DNA of 64,000 bases from Glaucostegus cemiculus (GCA_976551045.1 CDPCPM010000056.1:21576001-21640000); one strand, 5' to 3'; counted from the first letter of the stretch, positions 11,886 to 24,974 are shown. Notes: a model not told the origin generated them from the letters alone. Translations and numbers: made by a program.

Positions 11886-14329
11886 TCAAACTACCATCAT
11901 TGCTGAATAAAAATACAAAATGAGTGGTACATGAGCACTATATGAAACATAACATTGTTACGTAACCAGATCATCAGTGTTCTAACAAACCAAATGTATC
12001 GAAGACAAGGGATTCATTTGAGCAGGTGTTTTAGAAATACAGTGGAAATACTAGGATGTAACCACAATGACACAGTTTCATTGAGGTGAATCATTTTTGA
12101 TCCAGAACTACTAATTACACTCTTAAACAAAACTCTGCCTTTTATATTTTTAGATATAGCTTTAAGATTTGTACATTTCAAGTTTCGAAGTTTAAACAAC
12201 ACTGAATCGCTTATGTATGCTCCTACAAGAATAGACCCAATTTAAATGCCATTTTTAATTTTAATCTGAAACACTGTTTGCCTGTTTCCTGACCTCTTGC
12301 TCAGACAAAAGGCAAATCAGGATATTATAACTTTTTATCAGTGCTGCACTTCACTGATAGATAAAACAACATCTTGATGGAAAGCCAGTCAGAGGCTTCT
12401 TTACAACCCTCCACACATCTGAAAAGCAACCCAGCTACTGCTTGCCCTGATAAGCCAGTAATTCTTGAATTGTAAATGTCGATGACAAGCTATATATTGT
12501 GCCAGCAATAATTTGCCAAATTTGAGCCTATAATATAATATCTGTAAAATGTCAATGATAGTAATGCGATTAACACCCTCAAATGAAATATTGAACATTG
12601 CTGCTTAGACTGAATGAGGAAACAGAGGTTTCTGTCAAAGGAAATCAATGTTGAAAGCAGCCGGGACGGTCATAAACTCACAATAAAACTTGGGCCTGTT
12701 TTTATTTCCCACATTTGTGAGGTGAATAGATTCACACTCTACAAATGACTTGAATAACACAGCAAAATAGCTGTTGGTAACTAAGGAGACAGTGGGATGG
12801 ACTTCCACTCCCCTTAAGCTCACAATTTGCAGGAAGTCAAATACAAATCTCTGGTCTCATGGTGGGCCTTGGTGAAAAAGGAATCCTGGTCATGACACTT
12901 ACTTTAAATGCTTTGTATTGTACATGAAACGGCAAATAGCATTCCACAAGCTAAATGTTATTAACTCTTGCCCTGCTGGATACACTCAAAGTGTCACTGC
13001 ACTTCTGTTCACATGTATCTCTTTTCGATATACAGGTTATAAAGTAAAATCTAAAACTAGATAATTCACAATAATCTTTTAACATCCTAAGAAGTTAATC
13101 TGGTGCAAGTGTTTGTGTTAAAGAGTCTATAATTTATATCTCTTTTCCCTGTACTTTTGCTTCTCAACTTTTCTCTCTCTTTCTTGCACTCTCTATTTTC
13201 ATTTGTTGTTTCTCTCTCCTCCCTTATTTAATGCCTCCATTTGGCTCTCCTGTGCCATGCACCATTTCCCAGCCAAGAGAAAGAATAAGCGTAGGCATCC
13301 ATTTCCGAGATCTCTGTAACTGTAACAATATTTTCGTAATGCAGAGAACAGAGATCATTATGTACCAGGATTGTTATATTCTGTCCAGCTGCTAAATAGG
13401 TCAGCTGCATGTTTTGTTAAGAACAGATCCAGTTAGAACCAGTTCTGAGAGACAGTGGTGAAGTGTTGTGCTTCTGTATCTTTGTAAGAAGCAGTCAGAA
13501 ATAAAGAGGTAGTGAGCAGTAAGGCACCTACTAAATCATAGTTATCACTAATCTGCCACTTGATGTAGAATGAAAATGGACGTGGGGTATCATGACTAAA
13601 TAATCATCTTCCTACAAGGATGCACCTATCTACACTATCCCATCATAGCTAAAATCTGCAACTTACAATGTGCGGACATGTTTTTTGCATGGATGCCTTT
13701 CACGCTGAACTTTCTGCAGGGTTAAAAACAAAACCTAACAAAAGAATATTTCCTTTTCTTTTGATATCTGCCAGTAATTTCAAGAGCATCCTGAAAAATA
13801 AAAACAGATCTCATTAAGAAAATATAACCTTAAGCACAGTGATAACCAATAGTGGAAGTAAGTGGCCTGGCAACTGTGTAATTCAGGTCCAGGTGTTATA
13901 ATAAACCACATAAGTTCTGTATAAACTTTTAGACTACTATTTTCTACAATAATTATTGCATACCTAATGCTTTTTCTTTACATAATATTCAGAAATTCAG
14001 CAATTCAGTGTATGTTTTTTAGTTGCTACGGATGCCATTTTGGTTTCAAAATGGTGCATCTCATTGTATATGTACTCATGGCATGATTTGCTTGAAACAC
14101 CGTAAGTAAGAGATTTGAAGGGCTCACTGTTAATGCAAGCCACAAATATGCTGAGTGGATCATGACACCAACATGCAACATGATGTCAGTGGTGTCATTT
14201 TGGAAGTTAGGTTTCAGCTACAGCCCTCCCTTAATCATGCCAAGTTCATAAATAATGAAGAATACCCAAACCCCCACCTTCACTGATTAGTTGCAGGTCA
14301 GTTGTGGGTTGAGTTCTAGAATCACACAA

Positions 14330-14482
14330 ATTGAAACAGAAAATGCTGAAGGAACTCAGCAGGTCAGGCAGCATCTTTGGAGAGAGGAACAGAGAGTTAT
14401 TAATTCAGATGTCTGACATAACCTGTCTCCAGCATTTCGTGTTTTTTATTTCAGATTTCCAGGATCTGCTGTTTTTTGCTTT
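14330..14482. mobile_element. Penelope-like palindromic repeat (internally deleted)
   Basis: aaatgctgaaggaactcagcaggtcaggcagcatc ... ccagcatttcgtgttttttatttcagatttcc. Confidence 0.65.
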
Positions 14483-14689
14483 ACAACCATACATATGTTC
14501 AGTGTTTTCTAGGTTTAAAAGAAATTGAGTGACAGGCTTGGAAGGATGTTGTCAGGCCTCCTGCACAAGCTAATTGTTCTGAGCTGTGGATTCATGATTT
14601 GGTGTTCCTGTTGGAAAACCGCATGTCTTGGAGAATGAGCAAAGGGCAGAACAAGTCACTGGAGGATGATGGAAAGAAGACTCTTGGCA

Positions 14690-15440
14690 TGAGACCAAAT
14701 CTGTCTACAATGTCCAGAGAGCAATTTTCCAACCTGAACCTTATCAAGACACTGTGTGGGAGCCATGTGTGCTTCAATACAGATTTCCTCACTAATGCGT
14801 GCCACCTGGTCCAGCTACAGCTACAACTCGACAACTTCAGACAGCAATGCCAGTAGCTGTCAAGGTGATGGAGCAATTAAATTTTATGGACTTGTCTCTT
14901 CCCAGGCTGGAGCTGGAGATATTTGCAACATCTCACAGTTTGGTTTCCACCATTGTGTAAAGGAGATCATTGGCACTCCGCTGAAAGACAGCAGACTACA
15001 TTTTGTCTCTCATGCCGGCAGCTCAGAGGGAGAGAGAACACAGAGAGGGAGACCAAGATTGTGGGATGTACTATTGCTTTTAGCACCTCATGATGATTCT
15101 GCCCTAAAGCCTACTTAAAGGGATTCTGCTTCCTCAAAGTCTAGTTGACATGTGAATATGGGCAGTGAGTTGTACGGGTCAATGCTTGTTACCCTGGATA
15201 TTCTTGTGATGCTCTCTGTCTGCAGGAGACCACTGCTAGCTACATTTGGTCCACCATAGCAAATCTGCAGATGGCTATCCATTGACAACATGGCTTATGG
15301 CCCTGGTGTACAACCTGCTCAGACACGAATGGTATAATGAAAGTCATGGTACAGAACAGGGTATTAACATGCTCAAGCAACAATTCCACTGCCTGGGGAC
15401 CCCTGCGATACGACGTAGCAGAAGCCACAGTTTGTGGGAG
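14690..15440 (+). pseudogene. Decayed PIF/Harbinger (HARBI1-like, DDE_Tnp_4) transposase
   Basis: Frameshifted segments resemble Harbinger transposase motifs: PVAVKV..(L)NFY..SSQAGAGDICNISQFGFHHCVKEI, DGYPLTTWLM, YNESHG..EQGINMLKQQFHCL. Confidence 0.8.
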
Positions 15441-15879
15441 TCTCCTGAATGCCACAGGACCTCGTCATCACTATGATTTGATAAGCTGCAAAAGGAAAAA
15501 GCAAAGAAATGAGGAGATGAATGGGTAAGGAAGGAAGGAAGTAGCTACCTGAATAGCTCCTTTCTGCCTGTATTGACAACAAGGAAGACATTATTCAACA
15601 CGTAAATACTACCCCAATTCCCCATTCATTATCAATCTTTTATTTCACCTTCCATCACAGAGTATCACAGGGTTGGCTTCACTATAATGCAAAAATAACT
15701 ACTATTTAATTATTGTGCCAATCTAAATTCTGCCACATTCAATACAACCTTCTAACAGTCAATCAGCACAAGTGGCCTGTGGCCAGGAAGAGATAATGAA
15801 TGGCACAAATGGCAACATGTCTGACAGTAAAGTTGCACACTAGCATCAGATCAGAAGTCATGGTCCTGGAATTTGGATT

Positions 15880-16085
15880 AGGATGAGGTGTAATTTGCCC
15901 ATTTACAGGGCTGTGAATCTTCAGAATTATCTGTTCCAGAGGGCCGTGGTTGAGTATATTGAAGATAGACATTCAAGATAGGCAAAGAGAATTCAGGTAG
16001 ACAAACTGCCATGATCTGAAAGAAAGCTAAAACAGTTTTAGAGCATTGTATGACCTATTCCTGTCTCTAATTCCTATATGTTCTT
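15880..16085 (+). mobile_element. CR1 LINE 3' end fragment
   Basis: gggctgtgaatcttcagaattatct (RxVNLWNSLP-like) and tail atgacctattcctgtctctaattcctatatgttctt. Confidence 0.55.
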
Positions 16086-18029
16086 TTGCAATTTGATCTT
16101 CTGCTGCATGCTGGTGTTCAACTTGTGATATTTTAAGACATTAAAAAATGCCACTGGCACAGTAACATGAATCAGCACTGATCACATTAAATGCCCCAAT
16201 GGCTGGTGAGATCACGGAGGGCTTTCAGCATTAAGTAAGTCAAATATCTGAATTGAATTCTGGAGAATAGGGCTGAAATGAATAAATTATTGATAACAAA
16301 GTTTGAAACAATGTAAATAATTAGCCCATATAAAAGATCAGAATCACCTATTAGTGCAAGATGTTCAAAAGGGAAAATACTTGTTGCTTTAACCATTGCC
16401 TACTTTTTGAAAAGGTGCATTGTTTAGTTAGGTGAAATGTTTTCAATGTATTTAAAGTGGTGTAATTTGTTGAAGGACTTTCAATTTACTATCACTTGAT
16501 CTAAGAAGCTGATGGAAACAGACAAATCCAATTATATCTCTGTGAAAGCATCCAGCCTTGGTCTTAAAAATCAGATAGAAAGCCAGAAACGCCACAGGAC
16601 AGCCCTCTTACTGTTCTTAAATGTCAACACTCAGGAAACATCTGAGGCTTAACACTTCAGCACCCACTTTTCTTTACAACACAACGCCTCCTCCTGCCCC
16701 CCCTCTCCTCCCCTTAACACATAGTAACCTTTCAACAAAGTCTCTCTGTAATCTCTTAAAGCTGCACCACCCTTTTATGTTTAGGCTGTTTGTCACAACT
16801 ATCAAGAATCTTCATATGTTCCCTTCTTCAAGCTCATTTGTAGTTTCACCTCTTTAAATTTTCCTGCATATCGTTCGATATTACATCACATGTCTTAGTC
16901 TGCTGTCACTGGGCATAAAACTGAATGCTGTCAGAAGGAATTATTGTTGTTGAGAATACCACAGCATCATTTGGAAAGTATTTATTATTTAAAAATTGAT
17001 ATTGTCATTGAACTAAAATTACACTGATCAGAAACTCCAGCTAATGTAGCTGCAATAATACAACTGAATGCTAAGCTGCATCATAAGGTGGTGGAATGGA
17101 TGTTCATGCCCACAATTCTCAGTCAGTGAGTACCCTCTCTTCACTTTGGTTCTGTATGGAAGCAGTAGAGACTAAGCATTGCAGAAGAGGGGGGCCAAAA
17201 AAGGTCACCACCAGGCATTCTCCTGCGCATTCTCTCAGTGACTATCCATACCATTGCCTAAAAAAGTTGGGAGAAGGTATGAAACCTTATCACTTTCAGC
17301 CAAGCAATATCTAGAAAAAAAGAAACTTCAAATAAGATGAAGAAAGTTGTTCTGCATTTTTGGGAAATACTTGCTTCCTGCTACATTTCAGAAAAGTATT
17401 ACTGGTGACACATCCCAAAATTTTTTAGACTTGTTTTAAGACTCATTGCCAAAAACTTATTGTGGTGGTCCCTGGAATATTCAGGCACATCCGACTGTAA
17501 AAAATCAGTTTTAATCTTGCTGTCTGGGAAAGTCTGTGTTACAACAAGTAATTTTGCACTTGGTTCTGTCCAATGAAGACAACTAACTTGTTGACTAGAG
17601 TGATGTAGTTGATAAAAATTTACCTGTCTAAATAACATATAATAAATTAATTTGGAATTACAAACTTGAAGTCTTTCAGGCCAACCAGTTATGTTGCTAC
17701 TTCTCCTCCATATTAGCAGCAGCTATCTTGTTCTCATATGCGTTATCTCTCTTTCCTTTAATACCTATCTAACTTACTCTGAAAAATAACATGGTCTCTG
17801 CTTCCAAAACTAGTAATGTAATGTACAGCTCCTCAGTTTCTTGTGAAACAAAGTTCTATTCTCTGTGCTACATCTACGTCTTCTCCTTCTATACACCTCA
17901 GCCACTGAAAACAGTCTGCTTTTATCTAGTCTGTCTCATCACCATAATAATGTAGCTCTCACAAATCATCCAACGATTATATTTGTTCTAATGAAAAATG
18001 TTTCAATGCTCTTAACTCTTCCCCGGTCA

Positions 18030-18340
18030 TTCACTTTTCTCCCCTCTCCTGGCGGGCAGAAGATACAAAACCTTGAAAGTACGTACCACCAGACTCAAGG
18101 ACAGCTTCTAACCTGTTGTTATCAGACTCTTGTACGGATCTCTTATAAGCTGAAGATGAACTCTTGATCTCCCAAACTACCTTGCTGTGGCCCTTGTACT
18201 TTATATTGTTTACCTGCACTGCATTTTCTCTGCAGCTGCAACATTATATTTTGCATTCTGTTTTCATTTTACTACCTTGATGCATAGTATGGTTTGATCC
18301 ACCCGGATAGCATGCAAATGACAGCTGATCAAATAAAACA
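18030..18340 (+). mobile_element. Rex1/Babar LINE 3' end
   Basis: Translates FSPLLAGRRYKTLKVRTTRLKDSF*PVVIRLL, the typical Rex1/Babar C-terminus, followed by a 3'UTR ending in aataaa. Confidence 0.8.
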
Positions 18341-18940
18341 CATGGGCAACAAAATTCTGAGAGTTCCTAACTTGGAGCATATCTCAGAGTGAAGTTGCCT
18401 ATGAGTAAGTCAAAGGAGAGCAGATGAATCACTGGAATTTTTTTTTGTTTCATGCCATAACTTTAGCAATAATCTATTTACATATAGACATGAAATTTCC
18501 ATTAATCTCTCACCAAAATGATGGCAGTGGAACTGGAAGAACTGCACAGAATTTCCCAGAAAATTGTTCAGCCTCAAACAAACATGAAGTAATAATATGA
18601 ATTTTGATGGGAGGCGATCAAACAAGTACTTCTCAACAGTGGCATCGCAACCTTTATTTCCTATTTATCCTTAGGATGTGGGTGTCATTGATAAGGTTGA
18701 TATCATTGCCTTGAGAAGGTGATGGTGTACACTAATTGTTTGGAAATTTCAGAGGATAAAGAATAATACATTATTTGGGCCCAGTGTCATTTTGAGACCA
18801 GAATGAGGGAGGAGAACAAGTTTCCTTCTTTTAAAGGCTTTTGTGAATCAGTTTTAATGGCAATCTTAAAACATGATTGATTATTTGCTAACACTGGCTT
18901 TTTATTTCCATATTATTATGAACTAATGAACTATTATACT

Positions 18941-18988
18941 TGTTATGGACTAGGTTACTACTGATGAATGTCCCTTTAAGATAGAGCA

Positions 18989-19066
<78 letters not shown>

Positions 19067-19828
19067 CATGCTTACGTCAACAGAAGATAAAGGACGTTGT
19101 TGAAGAAGTCAGTCTGAGAGACAGAGAGAGAGAGAGAGAGACAGAGAGAGAGAGAGGGACAGCAGCCTGCTAGTCTCTATTGATGGATGAAAAACAATAA
19201 CTGCGTCTGTCACTACAATCCATCTATGGATTTTTGGAGTAATCCAGTGGCGTCCACTTTGTTGTTAACCTGTAGAAGGGAACAGGTATTTGTGTGGACG
19301 GTCACATCTCGAATGCTTTTCAGAGAGACAGATGCTTTGGAACAAAGTGGTGAAGTTCATTTCACTGTTTTCCTGTAGAAGGTAACAGGTATTTGTGTGG
19401 ACGGCCATGATTTGGAGGTTTTTCAGGGTGAGGAAGTCACTACCGAGTAAACACTGAGGTGTTGTTTGGGTTCCAAGTGGAACATTTGGATTTTGTAATT
19501 ACTCTCTATGTTCTCTCTACATCTACATTTTGCCTTCACTCAATGGTGGTTGTGAAGAAGCCTTTACTCACAGTTCACCTTATGGCTTGCTGAACTGAAC
19601 TTTAAGAAACATTCCTGGACTTGGAGTTTAGGAATTTGCCACACACACACACACACACACACAACGAGTTTAGTTTTTGGGGTTAATGTTTAAGATTCTA
19701 ACATTTTTACTTCTAACATTCTAACATTTTATCTTTATTTTTCTTATTATTGTAAGTAGTTATTAATAAAGTAGTTTTTAACACTGAATCATGACTTGGT
19801 GTGTTTCTTTTGTTGCTGGTTCATATCA
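18941..19828 (+). mobile_element. Solo LTR (888 bp; 4-bp TSD, Gypsy-like or ERV)
   Basis: Termini TGTTATG...CATATCA (imperfect inverted repeat). TSD TACT at 18937-18940 and 19829-19832. AATAAA at 19765-19770. Confidence 0.8.
18991..19065. repeat. (GT)n microsatellite within the LTR
   Basis: Directly visible. Confidence 0.95.
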
Positions 19829-20076
19829 TACTTTTTTCTAATGCATTTCCAAACAAGGGAAAGATTTAGTGAGAGTAGCTTAAAAACTATGATACCTGAG
19901 TGGAACTTAGTACATCTGCAAGATCCATTTTCAAATGAACGCATCTAGATACAATGAGAGAACCCTATACTGATTTTTCTTATTTTGTTTGTGTAAACAA
20001 CTAATAGGTTGGTAATGGCTTATACTGAATATCTTTTATTATTAAAACAGTTAAGTGATTTGCCAACCAAGAAATG

Positions 20077-20314
20077 TTATTTACAGCATGGTACCAGGCC
20101 CTTTCGGCCCTCTGAGTCCACGCCGCCCATTTGAAACCCCCAAATTAACCTACCCGTACGTCTTTCAGAATGTGGGAGGAAACCGGAGCACCCGGAGGAA
20201 ACCCACACAGACACGGGAGAACGTATAAACTCCTTACAGTCAGCGACGGGAATCGAACCCCGATCGCTGGTGCTGTAACAGCGTCGCGCTAACCGCTACG
20301 CTGTCGTGCCGCCC
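20077..20314 (-). mobile_element. Young tRNA-derived V-SINE, copy 1
   Basis: Minus strand shows an A-box region cagcgtagcggttagc, B-box GGTTCGATTCC, V-domain gtgggtttcctccgggtgctccggtttcctcccaca and a CR1-like 3' tail. CpGs are retained. Confidence 0.9.
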
Positions 20315-20354
20315 TAAAGGTCTTCAAGCAAGCACACTGCACAGTGGAAGATCA

Positions 20355-20540
20355 GCAGAAAATGTTGGAAGCATCCATCAGGTTGCATTTATGGAAGGAG
20401 AAACAGTGTCAATTTTTTAGTCTTGATGAAGGGTCTTTGAAACATTAACTGTTTCTCATCCAGTTATGCTGCCTGACCTGCTCAGCTTTTCCAACATTTT
20501 CTGCTTTTATTTCAGATTTTCAGCATCTGCAGTGTTTGAT
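20355..20540. mobile_element. Penelope-like palindromic repeat
   Basis: gcagaaaatgttggaa pairs with ttccaacattttctgc. Central ttgatgaagggtctttgaaac. Confidence 0.65.
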
Positions 20541-21529
20541 TCCATTTCAATACCGAGCTGGAGTACCTCCTTCAGTCACTGTTTTGAAAGGGTGACTGCC
20601 TTCACCACAGATATAAAACAGATGGTCCTCAAACTCAAATGCTTAGGTCTGTAGGTAAAAGGAAGAGCAGGTTAAACTGCTCAAGGTCCTTTGCTTGTGC
20701 TGTTTGTAAAAGTGCTTTGGGGTTCACCCTGAACAAGTTGCTTGATATTTACTTAACATCATGTTCAAATAAGTAAACAAATTCCTTAATAAATCATTTC
20801 TTTCATGTAAATTGTGTGGATGTACATTCAGGCATCACATGCATATACAGTATATGGTCACAAGTTTAAAACTGTGCCTTAAGGCAAGCAGCTCCCACTT
20901 AGGAAAGGTATCTTTTTAAAGCACATTCTTAAGGATTTTACAAATGTAATTAATATGCTGTCCCTGGCCTGAGCATAGGTGGAGAAGAAAGTTAGGGTTT
21001 GTATAACTAGGCAGCTTAGGGATTAATTTGCAGAACACAGTCAGCCCCAACTGAAACCAAATCTGTGCAAAATATAAACAGATAGGCTGGAATTTGCAGT
21101 TGCAATGACACCAAAACTGTCAACACTTACTATGCAAAGTTGACAGCAAATCCAGCACCCACACATGCACAGTTAAACACAGACATCCAAAAGCTGCTAT
21201 TAGTGATGCCTTGCTCCTCCATTGGGTACAATGCTCCAGTCTGCGCAAGTCCAACAAACAGAATTAATAACTTAAGGCGAGCTTTAACTTTTTTAGCACT
21301 ACTCGCATTGCAGAAGCCACTGAAGAAATTAAGCCTCATTAAATGAGGTATAACTGAGTTTTGAATGGTCCATTCAGTTCTAATTACTGTGGAACAACTT
21401 CTCTTGCTCTGATAAACTAATTTGCAAACAATAGAGTATCAGTTCCTCAGCATCACATTTTTAAAAATTCCATGATTTTAAGAGGATAGTTCCAATGTTT
21501 CAATAAAAGAACAGGTAATAGAGATAACA

Positions 21530-22885
21530 GATGGAATAAAGACTGATAAGAATGAGATTCCAGAAAAGCTGCTCACAATGGGTAGGTAACCTGGTTCTGC
21601 TAGGTTGCATCTAAAACTGCTGAGAGAAAGGGAGATGGAAATTTCAGAGTGCTGACCATAATTTTTAAATTCCTCTAAATTACAAGTGCTGGTGAAGAAG
21701 TCTACAATGGCATACATTATACCTTTGATTAAAATGAATGTTTGTATAAACCTTGCAAGTACAGGCCAGTCAGTTTAACCTTGGCGATAAGGAAGTTTTT
21801 AGAAATGACAATTGTGAACAAAAATAATGGCTGCTTAGAGAAATCTGGATTAATAAAGAAGAGCCAGCACATATCTGCTACAGGTAAATTATATTTGGTT
21901 GGATCAATTGGGTTTTTAATGAGGAACAGAAAATGTTGATGAGGACATTGCAATAGTTATTAAATCATTATGGATTTTTAGTAGACATTTTATAAAATCC
22001 CAAATAAAAGCTAGTTAACAAAATGAATGCCCACAAAATAAAATGGCATGGATAAGAAATTAACTTAGGATAGAGTCTTAGTAAATGGTTGGCTTTCAAA
22101 CGAGAAAGAGGCACAGGGCATTGTTCCCCAGGAGCTGATGCTGGGGCTGTTGCTTTCTTTGACATACTTCAGTAACTTACAGTAGACATGGGTGTGCACT
22201 GTAAAATGTCAACACTTGTGAATGACAGAAAGCTTGTAAGTTTGGTAATGAGTCAAGAGTTAATACATATATGCGTGAACCTTTGAAGTTGACGAAACAA
22301 GTTGAGAAAGTGGTTAATATAGCAAATGAGAACTGAAACTTCATAATTTGATGCACATGTTTAAAGTAAGGATGTAATGTTAAACATTTTGAGAACACTG
22401 ACCAGGCCAGTGTTGCATTCAATTCTGCACACATCACTTCAAGAAGGATGTGAAATTCCTAGAAAAGGTTCAGAAAAATACTTACTACATAGGTTCTTGG
22501 AGTGAGCGATTTCACTTTTGAGAATAGATTAGAAAAACCGGGATTGTCCTCTTAAAGCAAAGTTGGGAAGAAAAATCTGATGGAGGTGTAGAAAATCATG
22601 ACAAGATAAGACGGGAACTGTGTGAAGTTGTTTCTAATACAGCCAGAGCCAAAGAGAGAAGACACAAATTTTAAAAATCTAGAGGTGACTTGAGGAAAAG
22701 TAGTCATCGTGTGAGCTGTTCCAACTGAAGGTACAGGCTTCATAATTAAACTGGAGAAATATAAGAGAGGAAGGAAGATAGAGGGTTGTGGAGAAAGAGC
22801 AGGAAAAAGGACTGACTGGATTGCTCTATGAAGATCCAGCAAAGATTTGATTAGTTCCTTCTGTGCTGTAACGATTCCATGATTT
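21530..22885 (+). mobile_element. Old 5'-truncated CR1 LINE
   Basis: YRPVSLTL..RKFLE motif at ~21760, decayed RT sequence, and tail ccttctgtgctgtaacgattccatgatt. Confidence 0.75.
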
Positions 22886-22971
22886 TATAGCACTCATGTG
22901 ATATTCAGCTTTTACTTTAATCATTTCTGTATGTCCCATTTTTTTGTCTTATGTAAAATTACTGAAAGTAA

Positions 22972-24081
22972 ATCCCTCATGGTAGGCTGATCCAGAAGAT
23001 TAATATGCATGGGATCCAAGATGACTTGGTAGTTTGGATTCAGAATTGGCAGGCCCATAGAAGACAGAGGGTAGGGGTGGAAGGGTGTTATTTTGGCTGG
23101 CGGCCCATGACCTGTGGTGCTCTAGCAGGGATTGGTGCTGGGGCCTCTGTTTCTGATGACTTGGATGAAAATGTAGATGGGTGGGTTAGTAGGTTTGTAG
23201 ATTACACAAAGATTGGTGTTGTAGTGGACAGTGTAGCGGGCTATCAAAGGATACAGCAAAATTTAGATCAATTACAGATAAGTGTGGAGAAATGACAGGT
23301 GGAGTTTAATCTGAGCAAGTGTAAGGTGTTGCACTTAGGGAGGTCAAATGTAAAGGGAAAGTACACAGGTCATGGCAGGACCCTTAACACCATTGTTGTG
23401 CAGAGGGATCTTGGGGTCCAAGTCCATAGTTCCCTGAAAGTGGCCACCCAAGTAGATAGGGTGGTAAAGAAGGCATATGGCATACTTGCCTTCGTTGGTT
23501 GGGGCATTGAGCATAAGAGTAAGGAAGTCATGTTTCAGCTATATAAAACTTTGGTTAGGCTGGACTTGGAGTCTTGTATACAATTCTGGTCACCCCAATA
23601 CAGGAAAGATGTTTGGGAAGGGTGCAGAAGAGGTTCACCAGGATGTTGCCTGGATTAGAGGGTTTGAGCTGAAAGGAGAGGTTGGATAAACTTGGGTTGA
23701 TTTCTCTGGAGCATCAGTGGCTGAGGGGGATTTTATTTTTAATTAAGAGAGGCATAGATAGGGTAGACAGAATCTTTATCCCAGGACAGAAATGTCAAAT
23801 ATTAAGGGACATGCATTTAAGGTGAGAGGGGGAAAGTTTAAAGGAGATGTACAGGGCAAGTTTTTTATACACATGGGCCTGGAATGGGCTGCCAGGGGTG
23901 ATGGCGGAAGCAAAGATGATAGTGGTGTTTAAGAGGCTTTTAGATGGACACATGAATATGCAGGGAAGGGAGGGATATGGATCAGGTACAGACAGAAGAA
24001 ATTTATTTAATTTGGCATAGTGTTCAGTGCAGATGTCATGGGCCAAAGGGCCTGTTCCTATGTTGTACTGTTCTATATTCT
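22972..24081 (+). mobile_element. 5'-truncated CR1 LINE (RT C-terminal half + 3'UTR)
   Basis: EFNLSKCKVLHLGRSN...QRDLGVQVHSSLKVATQVDRVVKKAYGILAF...LYKTLVR..LESCIQFWSP. SRFVDYTKIG is a decayed FADD motif. Tail gggccaaagggcctgttcctatgttgtactgttctatattct. Confidence 0.93.
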
Positions 24082-24819
24082 AAATTATAGTGCATCCTTT
24101 TAGCTTACAAGTTTGCTGCCTATATAACTTTTTTAACATGATTGGCTGATCAGCCACTTGAAGGCTACATGAAGGATCGGCCATGGATGAAATCAGATTC
24201 AAAGTCACATTAAATGAGTATATTGACAATGTACAGCTTGCTAAATCTTTTCTGGACAGCATTTTTCAAGGTCAGTGGCTATTATTTCTAAGGAGTTACT
24301 TTTCTCTTTTGATATTTTTCTTTCAAAGTAGCATTTTACTGCTGCTACATTTACCATTTGATAAACTTTGCTCCATTTATTTGTTCAAAGACAGTAAATG
24401 TGGTCATTTGTTTTGCAATAATGAATAAAGTGCTGCATTTATAAATGACAGCAATTGGAAAATCAAGGCTTGAATGTTAGGAAGCTATTCATCTATGGAA
24501 CTAATCAGAGTTGAGTCTGACCATTTCTCTTACCCAACACCTTCCCATCAGACATTATTGTTTTCTAGTGGGACATGGAAGCAAGATCCCATTTTTTGTT
24601 CCCTTCTACTCCAGCAGGTGACTGACTGTTGGTGAAGAGTGTGATATGCCTGCCTCACTTGGCCAAGATCAGTTAATGTAGTACTTGGTAAGGATCGAAC
24701 ATCAGAACAGGCATTCATATAAAATAAAGGTATGATTTTGTTTTGTTAATTGTGTCTCTCTTAATTGTCTCAAACTGCTTAACAAAGAATTGATGACTTT
24801 GAATGCTGTTGCTAAAGTA

Positions 24820-24895
24820 ACACTCTGGGGATGCAGGAAATCTGAAATAAAAGCAAGAAACGCTGGAAATAATCAATAGGTCAGATGGTGTATGA
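24820..24895 (-). mobile_element. Single arm of the Penelope-like repeat
   Basis: gatgcaggaaatctgaaataaaagcaagaaacgctggaaata is the reverse complement of the arms at 20490-20530 and 47460-47500. Confidence 0.6.
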
Positions 24896-24974
24896 GATTT
24901 ACAAGGCTGATTGCAGATACAGTTGTCATAGGTACCTTTGTTATAGGAAAAGGAGGTCACAATAATGATTACAT

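Noticed and set aside
19269-19410. Direct repeat pair with a spacer (CRISPR-like appearance)
   Set aside because: Only two units, inside an LTR in vertebrate DNA, with no cas genes.
20225-20314. tRNA-like sequence
   Set aside because: It is the tRNA-derived head of a SINE, fused to a V-domain, not a tRNA gene.
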